From Methanothermococcus sp. SCGC AD-155-E23 (GTDB lineage Archaea > AGJL01 > Methanococci > Methanococcales > Methanococcaceae), in contig JAHEQA010000036.1 in assembly GCA_019561615.1 (NCBI GenBank), positions 1 to 64,000 on the forward strand: 64,000 nt of DNA, in the 5' to 3' direction. Of the stretch, positions 9,817-20,067 are shown piece by piece. Within the stretch, counting starts at the first letter, position 1. The number at the start of each line of letters is the position of its first letter. A program made the translations under genes and the position numbers. Under the pieces are notes generated by a model that was given only the letters and a program-made list of their open reading frames with translations, was not told the DNA's origin and searched no databases.

Positions 9817-11034
9817 TTGTATCTAACAAAGGAGGAGGAGAGGATATACAACGGAGAGTATGGGGAGGTTCTTGAGATGGCTATGAACCTCCTAGTATCC
9901 CTTGGAGAGATATACGGGGCAGAGAGACTTATAGAGATATCCTCAGCCCAGGTCTCTGGGGTATCCTATAAAACCATAGGGGAGGAGGGTTTAAACTTCT
10001 TAAAAGATATCTCCAGGGGTAATGTTAGGGTGTCTGTACCTACAACCTTAAACCCTGCAGGTATGGATCTCTCCAGGTATGAGGAACTTAATTTTCCCAG
10101 GGATTTTGTGGAGAAACAACTGGAGATAATAGAGTGCTTCAAGAGGATAGGTGTTGAGATAGGATGTACCTGTACCCCCTATCTCACTGGTAACCTTCCC
10201 TCCTGTGGGGATCACATAGCCTGGGCAGAGTCCTCTGCAGTCTCCTATGCAAATTCTGTTATTGGTGCCAGGACAAACAGGGAAGGAGGACCCTCCGCCT
10301 TAGCCTCTGCACTAATTGGAAAAACCCCCCTCTATGGATACCACCTAGATGAGAACAGGATACCTAGTTATACCTTTGAGGTGGAGGGAGAGTTAGAAGA
10401 TCTCTCTCACTACGGGGCCTTAGGTTCCTTGGTGGGAAGGATTGTAAAGAACGAAGTCCCCTACTTTATATTTAAAAACCCTATCTCCAGAGATAGGTAC
10501 ACTAAGTTGAAGGCACTTGGAGCCTCCCTAGCTGCCAGTGGAGGTGTGGCACTCTACCATGTAGAGGGAATAACACCTGAGTGTAGGATGGGTAAGATAG
10601 AGGTAGATACCCCTGAGAGGATAACTATCGATAGGGGGGATATAGAGGAGGAGTTTCACAGGTTAAATACCTCAGAGGAGAGACCTGACCTTATATGTAT
10701 AGGATGCCCACACTGTAGTTTAGGAGAGATAAAAGAGGTTGTAGACTTCATAGTAAAGAACAACCTTGGAAGATCTGGATTTAAATGTGATCTCTGGGTG
10801 TGCACCTCTATACATATTAAGGCTATTGCAGATAGGATGGGATATACAGAGGTTATTGAGAGGGCTGGAGGTAAGGTAATATGTGACACCTGTACAGTTG
10901 TGGCTCCAGTTGAGGAGATGGGTTATAAAAATATTGCAACAAATTCGGGAAAGGCTGCCATATACCTCCCTAGCTTCTGTGGTAGTAAGGTTATATACGG
11001 GAGTACCTGGGATGTGTTAAGGAGGGGTTTATAG
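9817..11034 (+). CDS. aconitase X catalytic subunit (phosphomevalonate dehydratase large subunit)
   Basis: [48 protein letters not shown] and TNSGKAA. Confidence 0.9.
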   Translation: MYLTKEEERIYNGEYGEVLEMAMNLLVSLGEIYGAERLIEISSAQVSGVSYKTIGEEGLNFLKDISRGNVRVSVPTTLNPAGMDLSRYEELNFPRDFVEKQLEIIECFKRIGVEIGCTCTPYLTGNLPSCGDHIAWAESSAVSYANSVIGARTNREGGPSALASALIGKTPLYGYHLDENRIPSYTFEVEGELEDLSHYGALGSLVGRIVKNEVPYFIFKNPISRDRYTKLKALGASLAASGGVALYHVEGITPECRMGKIEVDTPERITIDRGDIEEEFHRLNTSEERPDLICIGCPHCSLGEIKEVVDFIVKNNLGRSGFKCDLWVCTSIHIKAIADRMGYTEVIERAGGKVICDTCTVVAPVEEMGYKNIATNSGKAAIYLPSFCGSKVIYGSTWDVLRRGL

Positions 11035-11036
11035 AT

Positions 11037-11693
11037 ATGATATGTGTTCCCATAGTGGAGGATAATATTAGGGATGCCCTTAGATCTGCAGAGAGGGCCT
11101 TGGAGGTTGCAGATATTGTAGAGTTTAGGGTGGATTACTTTAGAGATATCAGAGAGGAGGATATTGTAGAGATGGCCAACTACCCCTCTATTGTTACAAT
11201 AAGGGCTCACTGGGAAGGGGGTAAATATAGAGGTAGTTACGATAGAAGGATAGGGTTATTTAAAGTGGCTATTGAGAATAATGTAAAGTATATAGATGTG
11301 GAGTTAAGGGAGAAGAGAAATAGGGAACTTGTGGATTTTAGAGATGATACAGGTTCAAAAACTGAGGTTATCATATCCTATCACGATTTTGAGGAGACAC
11401 CTCCCTACAACACACTGAGAGATATGGTAAACAGGGAACTTGAGATAGGAGATATTGGCAAATTTGCCACCATGGTAAAGAGCAAAAAAGATATCTTAAA
11501 TATTCTAGGAGTTACACAGGAGTTTGAGGGGAGGGTAATAGGTATAGGGATGGGAGAGATGGGAAAGTTAACAAGGATACTGGGAACCTACTTTGGAAGT
11601 ATACTGACCTTTGCCTCCATGGAGGGTAAATCCTCTGCACCTGGACAGATAGATGTGAAAAGGTTAAGGGAGATATACAGTCTTATCTTTTAA
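11037..11693 (+). CDS. aroD: type I 3-dehydroquinate dehydratase
   Basis: [39 protein letters not shown] and SAPGQI. Confidence 0.93.
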   Translation: MICVPIVEDNIRDALRSAERALEVADIVEFRVDYFRDIREEDIVEMANYPSIVTIRAHWEGGKYRGSYDRRIGLFKVAIENNVKYIDVELREKRNRELVDFRDDTGSKTEVIISYHDFEETPPYNTLRDMVNRELEIGDIGKFATMVKSKKDILNILGVTQEFEGRVIGIGMGEMGKLTRILGTYFGSILTFASMEGKSSAPGQIDVKRLREIYSLIF

Positions 11694-12862
11694 AGTCCTA
11701 GGAACCTAGGTAGGAAGTAAAAGGTACCTATGGCACTTCCCAGGCTTGAGAGGGCTGCCACCATCAACACCCTCATAACGTTGTTATCCATCAAATCCCT
11801 TAACTCCTCACATCTAAGTAGATGTTGGATATCCTCCAGGGTTATACCCCTACACTTTAACTCCACCAATCCCACTATATAACCTGCCCCAATAACAGGT
11901 ATTAGGGAGGTTATAGGGGCTACAAGGAATGCAGTAATAACAGAGGGTAACTTCCCCCTTGCAAGGACCACCCCCAGTGCAGAGAGGGTGCCATTTACCA
12001 GTATCCACTCTAGGGTAAATCTCTTTAACACCTCAGGGTTGGAGGAGAGTGTATATATCCCATAGAGTATAATCCCAATTAAAATCACTGAAAACACTAT
12101 TTTCCAGTAACTCCTCCCCTTCTTTACCTCCATAAGTTCATTTAGATCGATCTCTATCTCCCCCCTCTCAAGTTTTTTCAGATAGTCCACTATCCCCTTG
12201 ACATGACCTGCCCCCACTACAACAAGTATCTTCTCCCTTCCAATACTTGTATCAAAGATGTTCTTTGCCATGTATCTGTCCCTCTCATCAACAAAGACCT
12301 TATAGAGGGTAGGGGATAGATGTTTCAGTATCTCAACTAACTCCTGGGCGTTATCCACCATCTCCCTTATGGTTTTCCTGTCCAATTTGGCAATCTCCTC
12401 CTCTTCAAATAGGTTGAATATTAACTTCAACTTCTCCTTTAGGGGCATACTGTTCAACGCACGCCTAAGTGTAACACCTACAGGCCTATCTATGAGATAG
12501 AGAGGTTTCTTATAGAACTTGGCCAACTCTATAGCCCTCTTCATCTCACTACCTGGTTTAACGTTGAACCTCTCTCCTATCTCTCTCTGAAAACCTGCTA
12601 GAACTGTGTGAAGTAGAAACAATCCAATATCTCCACTTTTCAATACCTCCAGTATATTTATACTCTTTAGGTCTTTATCCCTCCCCTCCCCATTTACAAG
12701 GGCCAGGAACCTCTCACTATCTAACTCCACTGCTATTAGATCAGGATCTATCTCCTTTATAGCCTCCTCTACCTCTCTTATACTATCCTCTGAAACATGG
12801 GCTGTACCTAGGATGTAAATATCACAGGTGTTATGTCCATTGTTTATTCTCACATGATGCAT
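11690..12862 (-). CDS. TraB/GumN (pheromone-shutdown-like) family membrane protein
   Basis: [26 protein letters not shown] and [10 protein letters not shown], plus C-terminal transmembrane segments. Start moved to ATG 12862 after GGTGA. Confidence 0.88.
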   Translation of the reverse strand: MHHVRINNGHNTCDIYILGTAHVSEDSIREVEEAIKEIDPDLIAVELDSERFLALVNGEGRDKDLKSINILEVLKSGDIGLFLLHTVLAGFQREIGERFNVKPGSEMKRAIELAKFYKKPLYLIDRPVGVTLRRALNSMPLKEKLKLIFNLFEEEEIAKLDRKTIREMVDNAQELVEILKHLSPTLYKVFVDERDRYMAKNIFDTSIGREKILVVVGAGHVKGIVDYLKKLERGEIEIDLNELMEVKKGRSYWKIVFSVILIGIILYGIYTLSSNPEVLKRFTLEWILVNGTLSALGVVLARGKLPSVITAFLVAPITSLIPVIGAGYIVGLVELKCRGITLEDIQHLLRCEELRDLMDNNVMRVLMVAALSSLGSAIGTFYFLPRFLGL

Positions 12863-12934
12863 TCTTTCACCGGGATATAGGTACTCATAATAATAATAAA
12901 GATTTGAATATTTATAATGATAAGAAGGGATAGC

Positions 12935-14608
12935 ATGTTGGAACCTCTTCACTACGATATAGGTAGGATGTGTAAGGAGAGTTACGTGGGGAAGGATGGA
13001 TACACCCCAAAGATATTAGACAGTGATATACTGGAGGGTATTAAACCTCCCCTCTTAAAGATACCCTTTGACTCTCCAAGGGAGTTGGCAGAGTATCTAC
13101 TAGAGGTAAACAGGGGGAAACTCCAGGGTACCCTTGAATTGGAGGACTGTACCCTTAAGTATCTTATAGTTAATCTGGGAAAACACCTGGACCTACTTGA
13201 CACCCTATTAAGGGATAAACCTGACTTGGTGATAATTGGAGATGGTAGGAGGCTTATAAAGAGGAGGGAACTAGTAGAATTGATAGGGAGGATAAGGGCT
13301 TCTATATCTCCAAACAGTGCCATATACTTCCCAACAGCACTACCCTGGGAGATCCCCCTACTGGTATACCTAGGTGTGGATTACTTCGACTACTCCTCTG
13401 CCTACTACTACGGTTCCCTAGGATACTACTTTACAAAGAACAGGATGATATTGAAAGAGGGGAATAGGGAAGAGATAGTAAACCACAATATAGAGGTTAT
13501 CTCCCAGGTACTCATGGAGACAAGGTACTGTATAAGGGAGGGAATGCTAAGGAACCTGGTGGAGGAGACTACAGTATCAGATCCCTATCTCCGGGCAAAC
13601 TACAGGAGGTATGAACCAGACCTGAGAAATATTCCACTGTCCAAGGGAAGGAAGATAATCGTTACCATAGATGAGACCCAGATACCTGAGGTAAAGAAGT
13701 ACATAGAGAGGGCGAGAAACTACGAGTTGTTTACAGATACCCTGGTCCTGCTACCCTGTTCTTCCAAGAAACCCTACTCAAGGTCTAAATCCCACAGATA
13801 CTTTATAAGTGCCATAAACTCCAGTGGTCTCCCAGTTGAGGAGATCGTTATCACCTCTCCCTACGCCATAGTTCCAAGGGCCCTTGAAGGTGTGGTAAAC
13901 TACGACATCCCAGTTACAGGTAGGTGGTCTCTGGAGGAGGTGGAGTTTATAAACAGGGAGTTGGACTACCTGTTAAAGAGGGGTAGGGAGAAGTTCCAAC
14001 ATCTAAAGATAGTGGCCCACCTACCTGACCACTACCTGGAGATAGTGAGGGACACCTGTGAGAAGTACGGGGATCTTATAGTAACCTCCAGGGGTAACCC
14101 CCTATCCCCAGAGTCTCTAAAGACTTTAAGGGATACACTTAGGGAGTTAAAGGAGAGCTGTGGTATAGAGGAAAGGGATTTAAAAAAGCTAAGGAGGATG
14201 CAGATCCTTCACAACTACAGGGAGCTTTCTAAATTCCAATTTGGAAAGAACTTCATCCCAGAGGATGTGATAGTTAAGGGGGAGGTTAAAAAGTTCTTTA
14301 TAAAAAGAGATGGAAGACTGATCCAGATATGCTCCATAAGTCCAGAGACTGGCCTCTACGTCCTAACTTACCAGGGTGGTAAGTTACTTGGGAGGGTTAA
14401 CTGGGTGGAGGTCAATTTTAAAGTTAAAAAGGGATCCCTATTCCCTCCAGGTTTTGTGGACTGTGATGAAAATATCTCTGTAAGGGATGAGGTTGTAATC
14501 TTCTATGAAGATGAAGTAGTTGGAGTGGGAAGAGCCATACTAAATGGCTCCGAGATGAAAAAAGCGGAAAAGGGGAAGTTGGTAAATGTGAGGCATGTAG
14601 CTAATTAA
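12935..14608 (+). CDS. arcS: archaeosine synthase alpha subunit
   Basis: Degenerate TGT barrel (YLGVDYFD), LPCSSKKPYSRSKSH, YDIPVTG-W and a C-terminal PUA domain. Confidence 0.9.
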   Translation: MLEPLHYDIGRMCKESYVGKDGYTPKILDSDILEGIKPPLLKIPFDSPRELAEYLLEVNRGKLQGTLELEDCTLKYLIVNLGKHLDLLDTLLRDKPDLVIIGDGRRLIKRRELVELIGRIRASISPNSAIYFPTALPWEIPLLVYLGVDYFDYSSAYYYGSLGYYFTKNRMILKEGNREEIVNHNIEVISQVLMETRYCIREGMLRNLVEETTVSDPYLRANYRRYEPDLRNIPLSKGRKIIVTIDETQIPEVKKYIERARNYELFTDTLVLLPCSSKKPYSRSKSHRYFISAINSSGLPVEEIVITSPYAIVPRALEGVVNYDIPVTGRWSLEEVEFINRELDYLLKRGREKFQHLKIVAHLPDHYLEIVRDTCEKYGDLIVTSRGNPLSPESLKTLRDTLRELKESCGIEERDLKKLRRMQILHNYRELSKFQFGKNFIPEDVIVKGEVKKFFIKRDGRLIQICSISPETGLYVLTYQGGKLLGRVNWVEVNFKVKKGSLFPPGFVDCDENISVRDEVVIFYEDEVVGVGRAILNGSEMKKAEKGKLVNVRHVAN

Positions 14609-14621
14609 AAAAAGAAGGGAT

Positions 14622-16139
14622 TTAGGATTCTGCCATCTCCATTATCTTGACAACATCCATGTAGTCGATTATTCCGTTGTTGTCCATGTCCAGTCTCTTC
14701 TCGTCACTGTTCAGTGCAGTCTTACCTACGTAGTAGTTAAGGGTTATGTATGCATCGTCCAGGTCTATTCTGCAGTCACCATCTGCATCTCCCTTTATAA
14801 CTCCTATACCGTTGACATTTACATTTCTCTCTCCACCGAATAGCATTACATCTGCAATCTCCTTACTTGTATCTACATGGTGTCTAAATCCTCTGAAGAA
14901 CTCCTGTCCAGGACCGTATGCCATTATAGGTACTGGATTACCTGTGTGTTTGTGGGATATAAATCTTACCCCTACCCTCTCACTGAGTATCTCTCCTATG
15001 GCATTTCCAAGGGCGTACTTGTTGTCAGAGTTCATAGCCTCCTTAATCTTTTTAACCTCTTCATCTGTTAGATCCAACCCTGTGTACTTCTTTATAACCT
15101 CTCTTGGATCTCCACCCTTCTTTATCTCCTTAGCCATTTTAGAAACAGAGGCCTTTATACTGAGAATTCTATGCTCATCTATTGGATCTCCATAGTCTGT
15201 TCCAATTCCCAATCCAGCAGTTTCATGGTCTGCAAGGATTACTACAAGGGTATTCTTGTTTCTCCTTGCGTAATCGAGACAGTAACCTACAACGTCGTCA
15301 AACTCCTTGGTCTCTGCCACAACAGATGCCACGTCGTTGGCGTGACATGCATGATCTATCCTTCCACCTTCAACCATGAGGAAGAACCCATCTGGATCCT
15401 TCTCCAACAACTCTATAGCCTTCTTTGTCATGTCCAGGAGTCCTACGGTATTGTTATCCCTGTCAAGTACATAGGGCATGTGGCTCTCTGCAAAGAGACC
15501 TAGTACATAATCTCCATCTACACTTTTCAACTCATCCTTGGTGTATATTATCTTGTATCCATTTCTCCTTGCCAGGTCTAAGGTCTCGGTGTCAAACACC
15601 CTCTTACCTCCTCCAAATAACACGTTAACCTTGTGCTCTATTAGTTGTCTTGCAATCTCCTTCTCCATATCCCTGTGCTTTACATGGGATGCAAACACTG
15701 CTGGAGTTGCATGGGTAATTCTAGTGGTGGTTACCAGTCCTGTAGCCTTACCACTGTACTTTGCCAACTCTAAGAGGGTAGTTACATTTACAATCCTATT
15801 TCCTACCTTGATAGTAGAGATCATTCTGTTGTAGGTTTTAAAACCTGTGGCTATGGCAGTTCCTGCAGCTGCAGAATCTGTAACTGGACCACTTAAGGAA
15901 TGTGTAAGTTCAAATCCTGTAGAGGGCAAGTCCTCCATGTGGAGATGTCCATAACAGAGTCTTGTTATCTCCATCTGACCAACACCCATCCCATCTCCAA
16001 TAAGTACTATAACGTTCTTTACCCCTCTAGCCTTGATAGAAGGACTCTCTGTACTGTAGCCCTTTGCCACACTTGCCTGGAAGGCAAGGAGAAGGGAGAT
16101 GACAAAGAGGACACCTAGTATCCCTATCTTCTTATTCAT
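14622..16139 (-). CDS. phoA: secreted alkaline phosphatase (PhoA family) with a C-terminal dockerin-like domain
   Basis: Signal peptide; NVIVLIGDGMG, VTDSAAAGTA (catalytic Ser), THATPA, EGGRIDH, ADHET and HTG. C-terminal duplicated GDADGDCRIDLDD / DMDNNGIIDYMD. Confidence 0.92.
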   Translation of the reverse strand: MNKKIGILGVLFVISLLLAFQASVAKGYSTESPSIKARGVKNVIVLIGDGMGVGQMEITRLCYGHLHMEDLPSTGFELTHSLSGPVTDSAAAGTAIATGFKTYNRMISTIKVGNRIVNVTTLLELAKYSGKATGLVTTTRITHATPAVFASHVKHRDMEKEIARQLIEHKVNVLFGGGKRVFDTETLDLARRNGYKIIYTKDELKSVDGDYVLGLFAESHMPYVLDRDNNTVGLLDMTKKAIELLEKDPDGFFLMVEGGRIDHACHANDVASVVAETKEFDDVVGYCLDYARRNKNTLVVILADHETAGLGIGTDYGDPIDEHRILSIKASVSKMAKEIKKGGDPREVIKKYTGLDLTDEEVKKIKEAMNSDNKYALGNAIGEILSERVGVRFISHKHTGNPVPIMAYGPGQEFFRGFRHHVDTSKEIADVMLFGGERNVNVNGIGVIKGDADGDCRIDLDDAYITLNYYVGKTALNSDEKRLDMDNNGIIDYMDVVKIMEMAES

Positions 16140-16186
16140 TTTATCACCTCAGGGATCTTGACATTAAGATTTCAAGTACTAAATTT

Positions 16187-16200
16187 TATATAAAGTTTTC
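16187..16200 (-). promoter_or_regulatory. BRE/TATA of the alkaline phosphatase gene
   Basis: GAAAAC-TTTATATA on the minus strand, about 48 bp upstream of the ATG. Confidence 0.65.
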
Positions 16201-16204
16201 CATA

Positions 16205-16222
16205 TGTGAACAAAAGTTCACA
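16205..16222. promoter_or_regulatory. perfect inverted repeat TGTGAAC-AAAA-GTTCACA, candidate transcription-factor site
   Basis: 7-bp arms a few bases upstream of the phoA BRE, with a further half-site TGTGAAT at 16226-16232. Confidence 0.5.
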
Positions 16223-16235
16223 AAATGTGAATAAA

Positions 16236-16640
16236 TTATTTTCCAAAGAACAGTTCTATCTCCCTCCTGGCACTTTCCCTGGAGTCTGAGGCATGGACTA
16301 GGTTATCTGGTGTGGAGTATCCAAAGTCCCCCCTTATAGTTCCCATATCTGCCTCTAAGGGGTTGGTCTTTCCCACCATCTTTCTAACTACAGATATAGC
16401 CTCCTCCCCCTCAATTACCATTGCAACAACCCTATCTGAGGTGATAAAGTTAATTAATTTTTCAAAAAAGTCCTTACCCCTATGCTCCTCGTAGAGCTTC
16501 TCTGCCAACTCCCTGGACATCTTCAACATCTTCATCTCTACTATCTCCAGACCCTTATCTTCAAAGCGCTGGATAATCCTTCCCATTAACTTTCTCTTTA
16601 CAGCATCTGGTTTCAACATTACAAAGGTTCTCTCCCTCAA
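16236..16640 (-). CDS. ndk: nucleoside diphosphate kinase
   Basis: [20 protein letters not shown] and NLVHASDS (catalytic His). Confidence 0.96.
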   Translation of the reverse strand: MRERTFVMLKPDAVKRKLMGRIIQRFEDKGLEIVEMKMLKMSRELAEKLYEEHRGKDFFEKLINFITSDRVVAMVIEGEEAISVVRKMVGKTNPLEADMGTIRGDFGYSTPDNLVHASDSRESARREIELFFGK

Positions 16641-16718
16641 GGTTATCCCTTCTTTTTTAAAAAGTTATAAAAATAAGATTTACTATAAATAACTTCAGAA
16701 AAAGATGGGAGTGGGAGC

Positions 16719-17195
16719 ATGATATGTATAATCATGGGTAGTGAAAGTGACTTAAAAATAGCTGAGAAGGCAGTATCTATTTTAAAGGACTTTGGAGTAG
16801 AGTTTGAGGTTAGAGTTGCCTCTGCCCATAGAACCCCAGATCTCGTTGAGGAGATAGTAAAGAACAGTAAGGCCAAGGTATTTATAGCAATTGCAGGACT
16901 TGCAGCACATCTCCCAGGTGTTGTAGCCTCCCTAACAACAAGACCTGTAATAGCAGTACCTGTAGAGAGTAAGTTAGATGGAATGGATGCCCTCCTAAGC
17001 TGTGTCCAGATGCCTCCAGGTGTACCAACTGCAACTGTAGGGATAGACAGAGGGGACAACGCAGCACTTTTAGCCCTTGAGATCTTGGCACTCTCCGACG
17101 AGGAGTTAAATAAGAAGTTGGAGGAATTTAGAAAAAAGCAGAGAGAAAAGGTTATGAATGCAGATAAAAGAGTTAGAGAGCTTTATAAAAGTTAA
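16719..17195 (+). CDS. purE: N5-CAIR mutase
   Basis: [22 protein letters not shown] and [11 protein letters not shown]. Confidence 0.96.
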   Translation: MICIIMGSESDLKIAEKAVSILKDFGVEFEVRVASAHRTPDLVEEIVKNSKAKVFIAIAGLAAHLPGVVASLTTRPVIAVPVESKLDGMDALLSCVQMPPGVPTATVGIDRGDNAALLALEILALSDEELNKKLEEFRKKQREKVMNADKRVRELYKS

Positions 17196-18160
17196 TCGTG
17201 AACTCCCCTCTCAGTTATTCTGAATATAGCTTCAGAATCTGGGAGATGTGGGGAGTCGTATAACTTGGCTATTCTCTTATCTCCCTTACCTTTTCTAAGG
17301 AAGATTCTGAAGGTTGCGGCGTGACCTACTATATGTCCACCTATAGGTTGCTCCGCAGGTCCAAAGAAGGTATCTAACTTCGCTGCAACCTGGTTAGTTA
17401 CAAGCACTACACAGTTGTAGAGATCAGCTAACTTGTTCAATGTTGCCATGTGTTTTGCAAGTTTCTGCTGTCTCTCTGCAAGTCTTCCCATCCCTGCATA
17501 TTCACTTCTAAAGGTACTTGTTAGGGAGTCCACAACTACCAACTTTATATTGTGACCAGCCCTTATAAGCTCCTCTACCTTCTCTGCGTAGAGCATCTGC
17601 ATATCTGAGTTGTAGGCCCTTGCTACAAAGATGTTGTCAAGGACCTTCTGACCATCTATTCCTAGGGCTTCAGCCATCTGCATGATCCTCTCAGGTCTAA
17701 AGGTACCCTCGGTATCTATGTACACCGCCTTTCTATTTTCCAACTCCTCCTCACCTAGTACCTCCTCATCTGCAATAATCATATCGTCACATTGGAGGTT
17801 TACACAGGCCTGATGTACAATCTGGGTTTTACCACTTCCAAACATACCTGCAAACTCTGTGGTTGACTGGCTCTCCAAACCTCCGTTAAGTATCTTGTCC
17901 AACTCTTTACTACCTGTAGAGAGCTTCCATACAGTTCTTCTCTGTTTTAGGAGATCCATTCCACTTTTAAACCCTAGGTCACATAACTCCCTTGCATGGG
18001 CTATTATCCTAATGGCAGCCTTCTCACTTATACCGTCGATCTCTGTAAGTTCCTCAATTGAGGCAGTTGCTATCTTCATAAAATCAGTGTATCCAGCCTC
18101 AATAAGCTTCTCTGCAATTGAGGGGCCAACACCAGGTAGATCAGTTAATTTATCTGCCAT
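17192..18160 (-). CDS. radA: DNA repair and recombination protein RadA
   Basis: N-terminal HhH (LPGVGP), Walker [30 protein letters not shown] and DSPHLP. No intein. Confidence 0.97.
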   Translation of the reverse strand: MADKLTDLPGVGPSIAEKLIEAGYTDFMKIATASIEELTEIDGISEKAAIRIIAHARELCDLGFKSGMDLLKQRRTVWKLSTGSKELDKILNGGLESQSTTEFAGMFGSGKTQIVHQACVNLQCDDMIIADEEVLGEEELENRKAVYIDTEGTFRPERIMQMAEALGIDGQKVLDNIFVARAYNSDMQMLYAEKVEELIRAGHNIKLVVVDSLTSTFRSEYAGMGRLAERQQKLAKHMATLNKLADLYNCVVLVTNQVAAKLDTFFGPAEQPIGGHIVGHAATFRIFLRKGKGDKRIAKLYDSPHLPDSEAIFRITERGVHD

Positions 18161-18219
18161 TTAAGGATCACCTTGATAATCATGATAATAGGTAGGATGG
18201 TAGGACTACTATGGGGAAA

Positions 18220-18255
18220 CTCACTATTTATAATTTTTGCAGTATATATAGTGAG
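18220..18255. promoter_or_regulatory. 13-bp inverted repeat (one mismatch) in the divergent radA/cbiT promoter region
   Basis: CTCACTATTTATA-N10-TATATATAGTGAG, overlapping TATA-like elements. Confidence 0.45.
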
Positions 18256-18263
18256 GTGGAGGG

Positions 18264-18827
18264 ATGATTAGAGACGAGGATTTCTTTAGAATGGAGGGAG
18301 TTCCACTAACTAAGGAGGAGATAAGGGCTATAAGTATAGGTAAATTACAGCTGGAACCTGGGGATGTGGTGGTGGATATTGGATGTGGTAGTGGAGGGAT
18401 GACTGTGGAGATTGCCAGGAGGTGTAAATTCGTCTACGCCATAGACTACTCCCAGGATGCAATAGTAACTACAAGGAAGAATTTGGAACTTTTCAACATT
18501 AAAAACTGTAAGTTGATAAAGGGGAGGGGAGAGGAGGTTCTAGAGTCCCTAGAGTTCAACAAGGCCTTTGTAGGAGGTACAAAGAATATAAATAAAATTT
18601 TGGATATACTCACCGAGAAAAATACAGAGGTTATAGTGATAAATACCATAGTCCTTGAAAACACTGCCAAGATACTGGATTACTTCCAGGATGTGGAAAA
18701 ATACGAGACAGAGGTTGTAAACGTTGTAGTAAGTTATGGAAAGAGGATAGGAAGTGGTCATATGATGCTCTCTAGGAACCCGGTAAATATAATCACCTGT
18801 AGGTTAAAAGGGGATAGCCATGGATAA
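18264..18827 (+). CDS. cbiT: cobalt-precorrin-6B C15-methyltransferase (decarboxylating)
   Basis: VPLTKEEIRAISIGKL, DIGCGSG, FVGG and SRNPV. Confidence 0.92.
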   Translation: MIRDEDFFRMEGVPLTKEEIRAISIGKLQLEPGDVVVDIGCGSGGMTVEIARRCKFVYAIDYSQDAIVTTRKNLELFNIKNCKLIKGRGEEVLESLEFNKAFVGGTKNINKILDILTEKNTEVIVINTIVLENTAKILDYFQDVEKYETEVVNVVVSYGKRIGSGHMMLSRNPVNIITCRLKGDSHG

Positions 18828-20043
18828 AAAAAAGATGGAGGAGATCCTGGAGAAGTTAAAGAGGGGGGAGATCAAACCCTATCAACTGGAGGATATATTA
18901 GATCCTAGGGATGCGGTAGAGGTTAGAAGGAGGTATATAGAGGAGGTAACTGGGGTGAAGTTGGAACATGTTGGAAGGTACTCCATAGATGAGAGGGGGG
19001 CTATAGACAAGAACATAGAGAATATGATAGGTGCCATCCAGATACCCCTAGGTTTTGCAGGGCCTTTGAAGATAAAGGGTGAGTACGCCAGGGGGGAGTT
19101 CTACATACCTCTCTCTACAACAGAGGGTGCCCTTGTGGCCTCAGTTAACAGGGGCTGTAGTGTCATAAACAGATGTGGTGGATGTACTGTCAGGGTAGTT
19201 GAGGACAAGATGACAAGGGCTCCAGTATTTAAAACCTCCTCTGTGGTGGAGGCTATAAAGTTGAAGCACTGGATACTGGAGAACTTCCAGAGGATAAAGG
19301 AGGTTGCAGAGAGTACAACGAGACATGGAAAGTTAATATCTATCCACCCAATAGTTGTAGTTGGGAGGTACGTCTATCCAAGGTTTGCCTACAGTACTGG
19401 AGATGCCATGGGCATGAACATGGTGACAATTGCAACGGAGAAGGCCTGTAAATTTATAGAGGAGGAGGTGGCCAAGGAGGGGATAAGGGCAAGTACAGTG
19501 GCCTTAAGTGGTAACCTATGTGTTGACAAGAAACCTAGTGGAGTAAACATGATAGAGGGGAGGGGTAAGTCTATAGTTGCAGAGGTGTTCCTGGAGGAGG
19601 AGGTTGTAAGGAAGTATCTAAAAACCACTTCAAAGGCTATAGAGCAGGTAAACCTCTATAAGAACCTCATAGGTTCAGCAGCTGCCAACTCTATGGGATT
19701 TAACGCCCACTACGCCAATATAATTGGTGCCATATTTTTAGCAACTGGACAGGACGAGGCCCACATTGTAGAGGGTAGTATAGGTATAACAGTTGCAGAG
19801 GCTGAGGAGGATGGGCTGTACTTCTCAGTTACACTGCCAGATGTACCTCTAGGTACAGTGGGGGGAGGTACAAGGGTGGAGACCCAGAGGGAGTGTCTTG
19901 AGATGTTAGGGTGTAGGGGTAGTGGTAAGGCCCTTAAATTTGCAGAGATCGTTGGAGGAGCTGTTTTAGCTGGGGAGTTATCCCTCCTTGGAGCCCTGGC
20001 CTCTGGGGATTTAGCCAGAGCCCATGCCCAGTTAGGAAGATAA
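18820..20043 (+). CDS. hmgA: HMG-CoA reductase (NADPH, class I)
   Basis: ENMIG, TTEGALVAS-NRG, TGDAMGMNM, SGNLC-DKK, GQDEAH, GTVGGGT and a C-terminal AH. Confidence 0.96.
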   Translation: MDKKKMEEILEKLKRGEIKPYQLEDILDPRDAVEVRRRYIEEVTGVKLEHVGRYSIDERGAIDKNIENMIGAIQIPLGFAGPLKIKGEYARGEFYIPLSTTEGALVASVNRGCSVINRCGGCTVRVVEDKMTRAPVFKTSSVVEAIKLKHWILENFQRIKEVAESTTRHGKLISIHPIVVVGRYVYPRFAYSTGDAMGMNMVTIATEKACKFIEEEVAKEGIRASTVALSGNLCVDKKPSGVNMIEGRGKSIVAEVFLEEEVVRKYLKTTSKAIEQVNLYKNLIGSAAANSMGFNAHYANIIGAIFLATGQDEAHIVEGSIGITVAEAEEDGLYFSVTLPDVPLGTVGGGTRVETQRECLEMLGCRGSGKALKFAEIVGGAVLAGELSLLGALASGDLARAHAQLGR

Positions 20044-20067
20044 TTTACACTTTTTTAGGTGAGTTCC

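Noticed and set aside
12863-12952. N-terminal extension of TraB overlapping arcS
   Set aside because: This is AT-rich promoter DNA. An RBS-supported ATG lies at 12862.
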